From a virus (lineage: Duplodnaviria > Caudoviricetes): a DNA stretch of 64,000 nt. The translations under genes were made by a program, and so were the position numbers. The stretch lies in the IMG/VR virus record IMGVR_UViG_3300008262_000055; one strand, given 5' to 3'. Every line of letters starts with the position of its first letter. The first letter of the stretch is position 1. Below, one piece after another: positions 11,001-20,705 of the stretch. Below the pieces are notes generated by a model. It saw nothing but the letters and a program-made list of their open reading frames with translations. It made no database searches and was not told where the DNA came from.

Positions 11001-13532
11001 TCCCCCTTCTTCAGGATCTAGTAATCTCCACTCGAATATTCCACCATCTCTAAACTCGTCTACAATCACAGACGCCCCAGCACCCGATCCTAAGAAACTC
11101 ATTGTTGCTGAAGTGTAATGTTCGCCCGCATTGCTGAACTCTAAATTTAAAATTTCGTCGTTGGCTTCTCCGGAGAATGCTGAGACTACTATTGCTTCGC
11201 CTGTTCGGTTATTAACAGAACCTTCTGCTGGGGTTTCTGTTTCGTCTACACCTTCTGCTACACAGCCGTATGTTCCGTATGAGCTGTTACCATTGGTAGC
11301 ACGTATTTTGCCCCCGTTTTCCGCTAGGTATCCCATGTGTCCATAGTACGAGAACACAGAAACTAATTCAGATAAACCGTTATTGGTAACCCATGCTCCA
11401 ATACCGTCTGATAAGATCTGCGTAAAATCGTTAGCAACGATAGATTTGTTACCGCCTCCATGTAATGCTCCATCTACTTTTAATCCGGTACATCCGTTGC
11501 CAAATGTAGTTACGTTTTGAACATAGCAGGATTTTGTGGTAATCCATACAGAGCTGTCAGCGGTTCCAGATCCTGGATCCAAACTAACATAAGCACCAGC
11601 AGTTGGTCTTCTGGTACCATACTGATTGATACTGCTGAGAGTTCCGTTGAGACCTCGTAACGTCATATTTCTAATGCCCGATCCATTGTTTACGTAGAAC
11701 ATGTCTGACAATCTATAGTCTAAAGGATCAGGATATGGATCACCATCAACATCGTATGAAATATTATTAGGATCGTATAGCGGTTCTATGATTGTGCTTC
11801 TAAGTTCTTCTCCAACAATAGCAACATCTCTAGGAACTTTAATTGGTAAAATTTCTGAATAGACGCCCGATTTGACAAAAATTGTAGCTGGGCCCACGGC
11901 AAAATTACAGGCATATCTCACAGTTCTAAAAGCACTGTTTAAACTAGTACCATTGTCTGGAAGGTCAGCACCTTCTCTGCTAACATAATAAACTTTTTGT
12001 ATCTGACCAAATGTTTCCCAAGAAGGAGCATTGTCAACTACTTTTAGAGTTTGTCCTGCAACTCCTATAGGCAGTCTTGACTGACCTATAGTACTGCCGT
12101 CTTCGGTTTCGTCATATACTTTAATGTCGCCTTGATATCTTAAACTGTTAGTAGGCTCACCTCTAATCAATAAAGCCCATAGATTACTATCATAGTCGTT
12201 GTCAGGACGCTGATTAATATTTGAGGCTAAATGTTTTACTAGACATCTGTAAGTGTTATCCTCAAATACAACAATATCACCAATGGCATAAGTTTCATCA
12301 ATTTCCCATTCTTTTCTATATTTTTCTCCAGGAATTACTAATTCCCAAGCAATTGCGTCGATATTAGGATCTGTTATGTTGTCATCAATAGCAGCATAGA
12401 ATTGTCCGTTACGTCTAACCACTTCGCCTACAAAATAAGCTGTATTATTAATCCATTCTCCCGCTACTCTAAAACCAATGTTTAACAGTTTCCAGAATGC
12501 TATAGAGCTGTCATCGTTTTGTGCTGCTGAAGTAGCAGGATTTTGCCCAGTGTTATTATTAAGGGCTTCGTATGAATATCCGCCATATCTAACAACGTCG
12601 CCGCGTTGATATACAGTATTAGAATCCCAATCATTTTCAAATTCAAAACCGGGAATATATACCTGCCACTTGGTTAAATCAAATTCGTCAGTGCTGGTAT
12701 GATAATCCACACAGATCCATACATTTCCGCCAAACTTAACCACATCGTTGAGTTTATATCTAACGCCAGGGGTCACTGGGTCTACTATAGCAGGCACCCA
12801 ATTGCCTTTGTATTCTATGTTTTTATAAACAATTTCCCAGTCTGCTTGATTAGATTCTAGTCCGTCTGCTGCTGTTAACGCAGATGTGTGACCGTCTATA
12901 CATCTATAAACTATACCGCCGTATTTGACAATGTCATTTTTTCTATAGCGTCGATTAGTAGTCCACGCCTGTCTCCACTGTTGTGCTGGATTAACTATTT
13001 CCCAATTGGCAAAATTGCCTTCAAGACCTGTGGTTATATCGCTGGAAATATTTCTAGCTGTACATCTATATACAATGCCGTTATATTTTACAACGTCTCT
13101 TACAGAATAAGTAGTTGACGGTTGCCAATCTCCTTTCCAATCATCTGATCTAGCATAAGATACCCAATGACTTTGATCGCCTTCTAGTCCAATAGCTGCT
13201 GTGTTAGATGTGTGTGAGCTAATACAGACATAAGAAATACTTTTATATTTGACAATATCGCCCACGTTATAGGTTGTAAATGGTGTCCAATCTCCACGCC
13301 ATTCGTATCCGTCAAACATTAATTCCCAACGCGGTTCGTTGGAGGCAGGAATAGTTTCTTGATTTATAAAATTTAAATCAACATAAAAACTTTGAGTAGA
13401 TGATGTATGTCTTTTGATACAAACGTAACTCTTACCACCAAATCTAACAACATCGTCAACGATGTAATTTAAACTTGGTTGCCAGTCACCTTTCCAGGTA
13501 AACTTTAATCTACTGATCTTATATTCTGCCAT
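8025..13532 (-). CDS. Giant virion structural/appendage protein, paralogue of 1962..7982, with two BNR-like propeller regions
   Basis: 1835 aa. Same N-terminus type (MAEYKISRLKFTWKGDW vs MAEFKLGRIRFIWKGEW), 8 CBM-like repeats, and shared SCYVQNVTTFG, GGKIRATNGNSSYGTYG and VRLTGHDFL blocks. Confidence 0.7.
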   Translation of the reverse strand: MAEYKISRLKFTWKGDWQPSLNYIVDDVVRFGGKSYVCIKRHTSSTQSFYVDLNFINQETIPASNEPRWELMFDGYEWRGDWTPFTTYNVGDIVKYKSISYVCISSHTSNTAAIGLEGDQSHWVSYARSDDWKGDWQPSTTYSVRDVVKYNGIVYRCTARNISSDITTGLEGNFANWEIVNPAQQWRQAWTTNRRYRKNDIVKYGGIVYRCIDGHTSALTAADGLESNQADWEIVYKNIEYKGNWVPAIVDPVTPGVRYKLNDVVKFGGNVWICVDYHTSTDEFDLTKWQVYIPGFEFENDWDSNTVYQRGDVVRYGGYSYEALNNNTGQNPATSAAQNDDSSIAFWKLLNIGFRVAGEWINNTAYFVGEVVRRNGQFYAAIDDNITDPNIDAIAWELVIPGEKYRKEWEIDETYAIGDIVVFEDNTYRCLVKHLASNINQRPDNDYDSNLWALLIRGEPTNSLRYQGDIKVYDETEDGSTIGQSRLPIGVAGQTLKVVDNAPSWETFGQIQKVYYVSREGADLPDNGTSLNSAFRTVRYACNFAVGPATIFVKSGVYSEILPIKVPRDVAIVGEELRSTIIEPLYDPNNISYDVDGDPYPDPLDYRLSDMFYVNNGSGIRNMTLRGLNGTLSSINQYGTRRPTAGAYVSLDPGSGTADSSVWITTKSCYVQNVTTFGNGCTGLKVDGALHGGGNKSIVANDFTQILSDGIGAWVTNNGLSELVSVFSYYGHMGYLAENGGKIRATNGNSSYGTYGCVAEGVDETETPAEGSVNNRTGEAIVVSAFSGEANDEILNLEFSNAGEHYTSATMSFLGSGAGASVIVDEFRDGGIFEWRLLDPEEGGFLGGGGFQSTGNNAQGGDTTGITIASNDERFSADYIGARIIITSGTGTGQYGTIGSYDIVTKRIKEIDRFVAAGRPADGSVGAIYIGNDETNLSVASSANNAQLYTSVAWDGSRIAAVTSQTSTMVATWISGSFTFSVADVGTALGFSNCTNIAGGNGTFVATAPTLTTSVIVNTSSWTLSSTPTSAPWRAVAHGKNKFVIISTNGKTAVSTDSGVTWTAGSDIPAFGDSTQPQWTDMCYGNNRFVAISSNSNAVAYSFDGLTWYLSVLPFDTAWRRISYDQGLFVAISSSSTQYAAVSDSGGFSWELKQLDSGSLNRHALAFVPDTADRGRWVLLSEDSGTVDTFQYGATFRGRPVITGGRIQSIKIWEPGSGYNAQPVFTLSDPVSTSNPEYEFRIGNGVLANPTFLNRGVGYKTSTTRVTVSGDGYADVYELGGNIIVDGMPRIVRTGANFEINTINWLPSVLPVSGPWAGVTAGTDKFVGITYQSEGLAQIVYSANGEGWTSTTISQQRDWRDIKFGNGVYIAVAYGTVFARSTNGISWTTITVPNANWSSVDYLNGKWVVISNGSTSTLYSDDDGVTWQTASLPVSAQWIKVKHGANNFIAISTNNDKVAISVDGQTWLLRTITGTAEWSDLAYGNNHIILIARNSNQIALSEDDGNTWDAAAAPSTDDWAHIIFANRKFVLFSGTGSTAYSSRLGLSWLEREYPLTNPSAAVAGLNKYLVLADNDAAVASDGTDNRVYRVLTVQVLSGSFGNYRLAIRVGPDFNRTTTPVHDSPVEIREKYSQVRLTGHDFLEIGTGNFTQTNYPTTNLINLAPENEVYYRGGGRVFYTSTDQDGNFRVGELFAVEQATGVVTISADYFDLGGLSELRLGGIRVGGTGVVIREFSTDVTFAADSNNVVPTQRAIKAYIERRISGGGSEAATGTLIAGTVRIGGPNNIGSTTNTYVNLPRNMNMRKGASGMMLAMSMFSDAFNSNLDGQEVGRDLG
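8464..8516. repeat. 53-nt exact direct repeat, copy 2
   Basis: Identical to 2353..2405. Confidence 0.9.
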
Positions 13533-13542
13533 AATTTATCTC

Positions 13543-13902
13543 TTAAATTCCTGTAGGATACTGGTACTCTTCACTGATCCTTACTACTAGTTGTCCGTCA
13601 TCGTCGATATAATAAAACAAATTTCTGTTGTCCCATCGATATTGTTGATAGGTAAGATTTCTATATACTATGTCGTGGTTTACATCAATGCCTTCAAAGA
13701 AATCTGTACCTACTTCAAAGTCATTATAGTTGTCTTCTGGTATACCGGGATGATTAATTTCAATAACATCGTCGGCATCTAACTGGTCTAGTCTTCCTAG
13801 ATATAACTCTCCATCTGCGGTTCTTCGTAGACCATAGAAAAATCTAGGAACACCTACCCCTAAAATTCCTTCTACGTTAAAATCACCTATATAATATGTC
13901 AT
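13543..13902 (-). CDS. Conserved hypothetical acidic phage protein
   Basis: The ORF track gives 13543..13926, but the ATG at 13902 (MTYYIG...) follows an AAGGA RBS and avoids overlap with the upstream gene. Confidence 0.6.
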   Translation of the reverse strand: MTYYIGDFNVEGILGVGVPRFFYGLRRTADGELYLGRLDQLDADDVIEINHPGIPEDNYNDFEVGTDFFEGIDVNHDIVYRNLTYQQYRWDNRNLFYYIDDDGQLVVRISEEYQYPTGI

Positions 13903-13912
13903 CTCTATTTCC

Positions 13913-14242
13913 TTATACGATCTCAACGTAGCTTACAATTACATCTGCGGCATTTTCTCTGTCTGCGGACGCTGCTAAAAGATTATTTTCAGCCATTACT
14001 AGTTTTTCACCGCCATTAATCACTCGTAAACTTTGATTAGCTGGTATAGTAACGTCTTTGATAAAATATCCTGTAGTTGATGTGTTGTCGGTTAGAGTGA
14101 TGCTGACTTTAATAACAGCACTGGTTAAGTTAGTTACACTTAGACCAATTACTGTAACTCGACTAGCCGCAGTGGTTTCTACCATATGCGTAGATAAGGT
14201 ACTTAAATCTTTAATTACTTTGTTTCTAAAAAACGTTGCCAT
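13913..14242 (-). CDS. Small beta-sandwich virion protein
   Basis: 109 aa, TVIGLSVTN pattern similar to 1629..1949. Starts 8 nt after the 2111-aa gene. Confidence 0.6.
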   Translation of the reverse strand: MATFFRNKVIKDLSTLSTHMVETTAASRVTVIGLSVTNLTSAVIKVSITLTDNTSTTGYFIKDVTIPANQSLRVINGGEKLVMAENNLLAASADRENAADVIVSYVEIV

Positions 14243-14250
14243 TCAATTGA

Positions 14251-17200
14251 TCATCCAAAAATTAATGCTGTAGTAATAGCTAAACCTTCTGCTTCTGAAT
14301 AAGTTATTCCTGTACCGCTACTGCCTGCTGCCGAAACCCATGTTACTCCGTCATATACTTCTACACGCTGGTCTGTGGTGTTATAACGCATCATTCCAGT
14401 TTCAAATAACACTCCCCGTTCTATGTCCGATCCCCTAGGAAGGACAAACCCGTTAGTACCGTTAATTTTAAAATATCCGGTACCTGTTTGATTAAACGAA
14501 GTTATAGCATCATTCTGTGTGTTTGTAATAGTGTTATTTCTAATAGCAAAAACACCAATGACTGTGCTACCAGTACCATTAGGAGCTAATATTAAGTTCC
14601 CGTCTGTATTGGTAGTAGAAATCGTATTACCTGTGATATTTATATTACCTATATCTACGTTACTTGTAGAAAATTGGGTAGCATTTAAGGTAGCACGATT
14701 AAGCCCGTTGATATAAAAGCTGATTACATTATCGTTAGCACCGGGTGTAGTTTCGGGGGTGATATATGTGTTTTCATCTAAATCATATACACCGTCTAAT
14801 CTACGCCAATTTGTGCCATCAAAACCTTCGTAATAATTGTCGTCGGTATTATATCTGATATAACCCGCTTGTCCGGTAGGCCGTTGTGCCTCAGTTCCTC
14901 TAGGCAATCTCACTGCCTGTGTACCTTGGAAATCTACTATACCGGTACCATTTGGTGCTATTATTAAATTAGTATCGGTTAGTGTAGATATCTGATTTTG
15001 ATTTACTATAACTGATTCTAATTCTATACCGCCGGTGCCGTTAGCTCGTAATTCTAAGTTGGTATTTGACGTATTTGTAGTAATCAAATTACCGCTGATT
15101 GTAATTGAACCTAAATTAATTATTGGTGCTGTTACCGAGCCTGATGCTACGATATCAGTAGTAGTAATATCTCCTGATACTGTTAGATTCTGTGCGATTT
15201 CAACGTTGTTAAACGGCACAATAATAATTCCGCCACCTGTAGCTTGGAATGTAAGGTCGCTACCAGGAGTAGTAGTTCTAATCACATTTCCTTCTACACG
15301 TATATTACTAAACTGAGCTGTTCCAGTAATATTCATGTTTCCGGTTAAATTATAAGCTCCGGTTTGATTTACTGTACCGGTATGATTAGCTACACCATTG
15401 TGAGTCAATGTGCCGGTAATTTGTGTATTGTTTAATTGTACATCTGTTGTAACTACCAACCCGCCATTAACAATTAGGTCGGTGTTGTCTATAACCACAC
15501 TGCCTGTACCGTTGGCACGTAATTCTAGATCTGAATTAGAAAGCGTAGTGGTAATTCTGTTACCGCGTACTACTATGTCACCTGTATCTATTTCATTAGA
15601 CTGTAAAGATCCAAATGTACCAACAACATTATTGGCATATAATGTACCGTTAACAAAAAGATCGTTTTCTATTAATACATCATTTTCTGGAACATAGATT
15701 ATACCCGAGCCCGGAGCATCTAATACTAGATTAAATCCGTTGGCAGATGAAATCTGATTACCGTTAATACGTATATCGGCTATTTCTGTTAGCCCGCTAA
15801 CATCTAAATTGCCGTTGAGTGTATAGTCGCCGGTTTGTGTAGTGTTTCCAGTATGATTGGTATTACCTATTTGTGTTAGTGTACCTGTTACATCTGTGTT
15901 TTGTAAATCTGTAATTCCAGAAACAGTTATATCATTTTGTATTAACACGTCAGCATCAGGAACAACCACATTGCCTGTACCATTAGCACGTAATTCTAAA
16001 TCCGAGTTTGACAGTGTAGTAGTTATAAAATTGTTCTGTATGCGAACATCGCTGGTCTGTACTATTTCTGTTTGTAAAATGGTTAGAGATAAGTTTTCAA
16101 CAGTCAACGTACCATTAACTGTTAGATCTTGACCAACAGTAACATCGTTAGATGGAACAGAAATTATTCCTGAACCGCTAGCAAATAATTCTAAATTGCT
16201 GTTTGAATCTGTTGTGTATAGTTGATTACCATCAATACGGATATCTTCAAATTGAGCATAGCTGGTAACTGTGAGATTTCCTGTTAGTGTGTAATCTCCA
16301 GTGTGTGTAGTTGTGCCCGTTTGATTTAAATCACCTGTGTGATTTATAACACCTGTAACATCTGTGGTGCCTAATAGCGTAGTAACTCCGGTCACTGTTA
16401 GGTCTTGATTTACATAAAGATCGCTGGTTACAGATACAATACCTGTGCCGTTGGCTCTTAGTTCTAGATCACTATTTGAATCAGTGGTTGATATTACATT
16501 ATTTTCTATTAAAATATTACCGTTGGTATACCTATCGGCAGTTATATCTGTAGCAACATTTAATGTATTAGAAGAAATATCTCCAACTACAACCAAGTCC
16601 CCAGTAACTTCAAGGTCAGTACCATCTACAATTACTTTACCAGTACCTGCTGCTCTAAGTTCTAGATCACTGTTTGATATGGTAGTTGTTATGAAATTGT
16701 CATCTATCAAAACATTTTCAAACTGAGCAGCATTTCCTACTGAAATATTTCCTGTTACGGATAAATCTCCAGTTTGTGTATAGTTGCCAACTTGTATAAT
16801 GTTGCCGTTTACAGTTAAAGTACCTGTGATATTTGTAACGGTTAAATTAGTATTTCCTATAACTTCTAGGTCTTCGTCAATTTGTACGTCACTCGCTGAT
16901 ACGTATATCTTTCCGGTGCCGTTTGACCTAAGCTCTAAATCTGAATTTGATAATGTTGTTGTAATCGTGTTGCTGTTGATTACAATATTTTCATTTCTAA
17001 TTGTAGTTGAAGTAACTGTGCCAGTATTGTTTATATTCACACCAGTAATTTGACCGTCGACTGTTAGATCTTGATCAATCTGTACATCGTTTGATGGAAC
17101 ATAAATCTTTCCTGTGCCTGCTGCTTCAAGTTGGAGGTCTTGATTGCTATTTTTTGTACGGATATTATTCTGTACAATTTCAATATTTTCAAGATCTAGT

Positions 17201-20200
17201 GAAGCTGCGAAGAATGAGCCACTAACACTTAGATCACCATTCTGTATCACATCGCCTGTGATGGTGCTATTACCAGTTAGATTTAAAGCACCTACGATAT
17301 TAGTTGTTTGAAGATTTGTAGTACCAAGTACTGTAAACGTATCATTAACTTGTAAATTGTTGCTAGGTATAAGGACTTTACCAGTGCCTGCTGCGGATAA
17401 TTCTAAATCACTATTTGAATCTAATGTTGAAATCTTATTATCTACAATTTCAATGTTATCAGCAGTTAGTCTGTTAACAAAAATCTGTCTCCAACGCTCA
17501 ACAGTTGTTCCTAGGTCGTATGTATCGTTTAATTTAGGAATAATGTCGCTGTCAATCCTAGCTTCTATGTTGACAGAATCTGTGGTTTGATCGCCTATGG
17601 TAATATTGCCGCCAATCGTTACATTACCTGTTACGTCAAGATCGCCTGCGATATTAACATTGTTTAAGAAATTAACTTCACCTGTAAATGAATTGATATT
17701 CATTACTTGAGTCAGTGTTTCTACAGTATTATTTGATATACGGAAATCGCCAGTTTCAATTTTAGTAGCGTCGATATATGTTTGATTTACGCCGTCATTG
17801 AATAGCAAACTGCCTGTTACTGCTACGTTAGAGTTACTAAAAATAACTTCGCCAGTATCTTGATTAATATAAAACTGATCGCCTACACGGAAATCGCCTT
17901 TGTGATCAACCGATGTATAATAAATCTTAGCACGATTAGTTTCAACTACTTCGTTGGCTTGTATAACTGTGGTAGGGTCATTATTAGAGTCTCCTCCGTT
18001 GCCAATGTAGGCTAAGTTTTGTCCAATGAGATACGCAATAACGCCGTCGCCGTCGCCATATGCTCCATAGTTGCCGTATACGCAGGCAGAGCCAATACTT
18101 CTTAATTCAGCACCAAAGTCCGAATAGTCAGCAAAATCTATAGCAGAAGCAGTTCCGCTTGTAGTTGTATTTCTGATGTCTTGTGTAGTGTTACCGTCAT
18201 CTAAAATGATAGTTGAATTATTTGTACCATTAAAATGTAATAACAATACTGTTGAAGTATCGCTGGTAAAGGCTGCTGTAGGTACAGTTACTGAAGTAGT
18301 ATATTTGGCTACACCTTTGACTACACGCAGTTCGTCAACATAACCAGTTGATGGAGAACTGCCAGTCCAGCTTGCTCCAACTCTCAATGGTCTTTCTGGA
18401 TAATTGTTAGCATCTGTATAGGTAGTAGGTGTTACGGTTCCGTTAACAGCAAGTTTAGTTACTCCGCCGACTCTAAACAGTGCGATATGATTAAATGTAC
18501 CTGCGGTACAGGCCGCACTTGATGTAATTCTATAGGCATTACTAACAAACAATCTAATGTTGCCAGCAGCGTTCATTTCAAGGTATACCGCTGTGTCGTT
18601 ACTAGCTGTTCTACAGTCTAATAATACCTGCTGTATTCCTAGGGCAGTTGGTCTCCAGAAAAATTCAATAGTAAAATCACCAGTACCGTAACCAAAATCT
18701 GGTTGACTAGAATATGTGATAAAATCCCCAGTGCCGTCTAATACTAAACTTGCTGTGCCAAATTTTTTCTGTGCTGTGCTTAGTTTAGCGTCACCGCCTA
18801 ATGATACTGTTTTGCCTATGCGATCTTCTGGAGTCTCCCATCCTAGACTCTTACCGTCAATATTATAAAAATCCCCGTCTATACTTTCAATAATACCACT
18901 AGCAAGTACTGTGGTTCCGTCTGTGTCATAATAACTTATAGTATCGCCTACTTGCCAAGTTCCTGTAGTATTTGAAATTTTTATTCGAGTCTTTCCATCG
19001 CCAGCAAACCCATCGTTGCTGCTGAATAAACTTATACCTTTGTTGGCATAATAAGTGAATGAATTTAACCATTCTACTCTAGCACCGTTGGTAGCCGATA
19101 GAGCATCTACGCCAGGAGTGATAAATGTTACAGAATGGAATAACATTGATGCTTCTCTAGATGTAGCAGTAGCATACGCACCGTCTACATAAGCACCTTT
19201 ACCTGCGTCTGCTGATCCAAATCCCAAAGGATCGCCTACGCCAACTATAGTACCTTTGGTTAATACTGAAATGTTTCTTACATACGGTGATCTAGTTGTT
19301 ACTTCAAAATCTGTAGCAAAACGGAAAGCATAACCGTTGTCTGGAAATACCCTGTTGCCACCATTACAGCTAAATGTTAAGTTGGAAAGGAAAACTCTAT
19401 CTCCAAGGCTAGCAGTTCCGCCGGTGTGTGTTAGTACCAGGACGCCTGTAGTATGAGTATAAGTTGCTCCTGTAATGTTTCCGCTGCTGCTGTCAATAAA
19501 TTCAATAGTTCCGCCGCTAACATAAGCATGAGCGAACGGTGAAGTTCCTACGTCTACTGTAGTTGTTCCGGGTGCTGCTGAAGTAACTGTAAAATAATTT
19601 CCGCCGCTATAAAAATCTGCTACAGTTAAATCTTCTACGGTTGTTTCTCCGTTCATTAAGAAACAGTCATTGTATTCTGTAGCAGTAGTTGGTACAATTC
19701 TTACGGAGCGTATACCTGTGCCTTTTACCGTAACTCCTACAGGAACTTCTAACGGAAATGCCTCTTCGTAAACTCCGGGATAAAGATATATGGTTGTTCC
19801 GGCAGGGGCTATGCTCAAGGCATATTTTAAAGTTCTTAAAGAATCGTTTGGATGTTCGCCTTCATGTGTATCGTTGCCGTTAACTGCTGACACATAAAGC
19901 ATATTTCCGGGAAGTGCTGAAATATTAACACCGTCAATAATTAAATTCTGAGAAGTAATTATATCAGCGTATAAATTTCTAGTCCAAACATCGTACCAGC
20001 GTTTGCCGCCTGTAATCGGGTTTGATCCTATATTGTATGCTTCGTTAGCATCAGGAATTATGTTACTGTTAATTTCTGCGTTGAAAGTAATAGTATCAGT
20101 AGTAGCATCTCCTAATACAATATTACCGTCTGCGGTAATTGCTCCATCAACTTGTAGATCTCCAGCAACCTGTACTCCAGACTTGATGTCTATTATACCA

Positions 20201-20586
20201 GTACCACTTGGGCGTATTTCTAAATTAGCATTAGATTCATTAGTAGCTATGATATTATTAAAAATATCTATTGAATCTATGGAAAACTTACTGGTTCTTA
20301 GAGCAGAACCTTCTGGCAGATTAAAAGTTAAATCGCCGTCGTATGTTATCGTGTTTGGTGAAAATAAGAAGTCTCCAATTTGTGCCGTAGAGCCTGTGAC
20401 TTCTAAATTTGTTGTGCGGGTCGTGCCGTTTACTTGAAGTTCGTGACTAGGAGTAGCAGTCTTTATGCCGATTCGCCTATTGTTAACATCAAGATAAAGT
20501 AGGTCGGTCTCAAAGGCCAGATCCACACCTTGGCGTAGAAGGTTAGCCTTTAAGAGCGGACCGCTAATTCGACCAAGCTGGCTCAT
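14251..20586 (-). CDS. Giant fibre protein with beta-helix region, LamG/ConA-like domain and ~14 shaft repeats
   Basis: 2111 aa. TAQKKFGTASL.LDGTGD...GTGDFTIEFFW is LamG-like (~18200-18800). Repeated TTxSNSDLELRANGTG units and a C-terminal LPRGTxxxRP...G.IRYNT motif. Confidence 0.7.
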   Translation of the reverse strand: MSQLGRISGPLLKANLLRQGVDLAFETDLLYLDVNNRRIGIKTATPSHELQVNGTTRTTNLEVTGSTAQIGDFLFSPNTITYDGDLTFNLPEGSALRTSKFSIDSIDIFNNIIATNESNANLEIRPSGTGIIDIKSGVQVAGDLQVDGAITADGNIVLGDATTDTITFNAEINSNIIPDANEAYNIGSNPITGGKRWYDVWTRNLYADIITSQNLIIDGVNISALPGNMLYVSAVNGNDTHEGEHPNDSLRTLKYALSIAPAGTTIYLYPGVYEEAFPLEVPVGVTVKGTGIRSVRIVPTTATEYNDCFLMNGETTVEDLTVADFYSGGNYFTVTSAAPGTTTVDVGTSPFAHAYVSGGTIEFIDSSSGNITGATYTHTTGVLVLTHTGGTASLGDRVFLSNLTFSCNGGNRVFPDNGYAFRFATDFEVTTRSPYVRNISVLTKGTIVGVGDPLGFGSADAGKGAYVDGAYATATSREASMLFHSVTFITPGVDALSATNGARVEWLNSFTYYANKGISLFSSNDGFAGDGKTRIKISNTTGTWQVGDTISYYDTDGTTVLASGIIESIDGDFYNIDGKSLGWETPEDRIGKTVSLGGDAKLSTAQKKFGTASLVLDGTGDFITYSSQPDFGYGTGDFTIEFFWRPTALGIQQVLLDCRTASNDTAVYLEMNAAGNIRLFVSNAYRITSSAACTAGTFNHIALFRVGGVTKLAVNGTVTPTTYTDANNYPERPLRVGASWTGSSPSTGYVDELRVVKGVAKYTTSVTVPTAAFTSDTSTVLLLHFNGTNNSTIILDDGNTTQDIRNTTTSGTASAIDFADYSDFGAELRSIGSACVYGNYGAYGDGDGVIAYLIGQNLAYIGNGGDSNNDPTTVIQANEVVETNRAKIYYTSVDHKGDFRVGDQFYINQDTGEVIFSNSNVAVTGSLLFNDGVNQTYIDATKIETGDFRISNNTVETLTQVMNINSFTGEVNFLNNVNIAGDLDVTGNVTIGGNITIGDQTTDSVNIEARIDSDIIPKLNDTYDLGTTVERWRQIFVNRLTADNIEIVDNKISTLDSNSDLELSAAGTGKVLIPSNNLQVNDTFTVLGTTNLQTTNIVGALNLTGNSTITGDVIQNGDLSVSGSFFAASLDLENIEIVQNNIRTKNSNQDLQLEAAGTGKIYVPSNDVQIDQDLTVDGQITGVNINNTGTVTSTTIRNENIVINSNTITTTLSNSDLELRSNGTGKIYVSASDVQIDEDLEVIGNTNLTVTNITGTLTVNGNIIQVGNYTQTGDLSVTGNISVGNAAQFENVLIDDNFITTTISNSDLELRAAGTGKVIVDGTDLEVTGDLVVVGDISSNTLNVATDITADRYTNGNILIENNVISTTDSNSDLELRANGTGIVSVTSDLYVNQDLTVTGVTTLLGTTDVTGVINHTGDLNQTGTTTHTGDYTLTGNLTVTSYAQFEDIRIDGNQLYTTDSNSNLELFASGSGIISVPSNDVTVGQDLTVNGTLTVENLSLTILQTEIVQTSDVRIQNNFITTTLSNSDLELRANGTGNVVVPDADVLIQNDITVSGITDLQNTDVTGTLTQIGNTNHTGNTTQTGDYTLNGNLDVSGLTEIADIRINGNQISSANGFNLVLDAPGSGIIYVPENDVLIENDLFVNGTLYANNVVGTFGSLQSNEIDTGDIVVRGNRITTTLSNSDLELRANGTGSVVIDNTDLIVNGGLVVTTDVQLNNTQITGTLTHNGVANHTGTVNQTGAYNLTGNMNITGTAQFSNIRVEGNVIRTTTPGSDLTFQATGGGIIIVPFNNVEIAQNLTVSGDITTTDIVASGSVTAPIINLGSITISGNLITTNTSNTNLELRANGTGGIELESVIVNQNQISTLTDTNLIIAPNGTGIVDFQGTQAVRLPRGTEAQRPTGQAGYIRYNTDDNYYEGFDGTNWRRLDGVYDLDENTYITPETTPGANDNVISFYINGLNRATLNATQFSTSNVDIGNINITGNTISTTNTDGNLILAPNGTGSTVIGVFAIRNNTITNTQNDAITSFNQTGTGYFKINGTNGFVLPRGSDIERGVLFETGMMRYNTTDQRVEVYDGVTWVSAAGSSGTGITYSEAEGLAITTALIFG

Positions 20587-20686
20587 TCGCTCTCCTTTTC
20601 ACCCCGTGTTTCACGGTTAACCACCTTACATTGCGGGTTTACCACAGTTTAACCATACAAGGATTGGTCGTCCTTGTAATCAATAG

Positions 20687-20693
20687 TATTTAT
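20687..20693 (-). promoter_or_regulatory. T4-type late promoter
   Basis: ATAAATA 100 nt upstream of the 2111-aa gene, defining a long structured leader. Confidence 0.65.
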
Positions 20694-20705
20694 CGTTTGG
20701 GTAGA

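Noticed and set aside
20600-20650. c-di-GMP-I riboswitch (GGTAAAC...GAAA)
   Set aside because: Only fragments match. The P2 tetraloop/receptor arrangement and GCAAA element are not in the right order.
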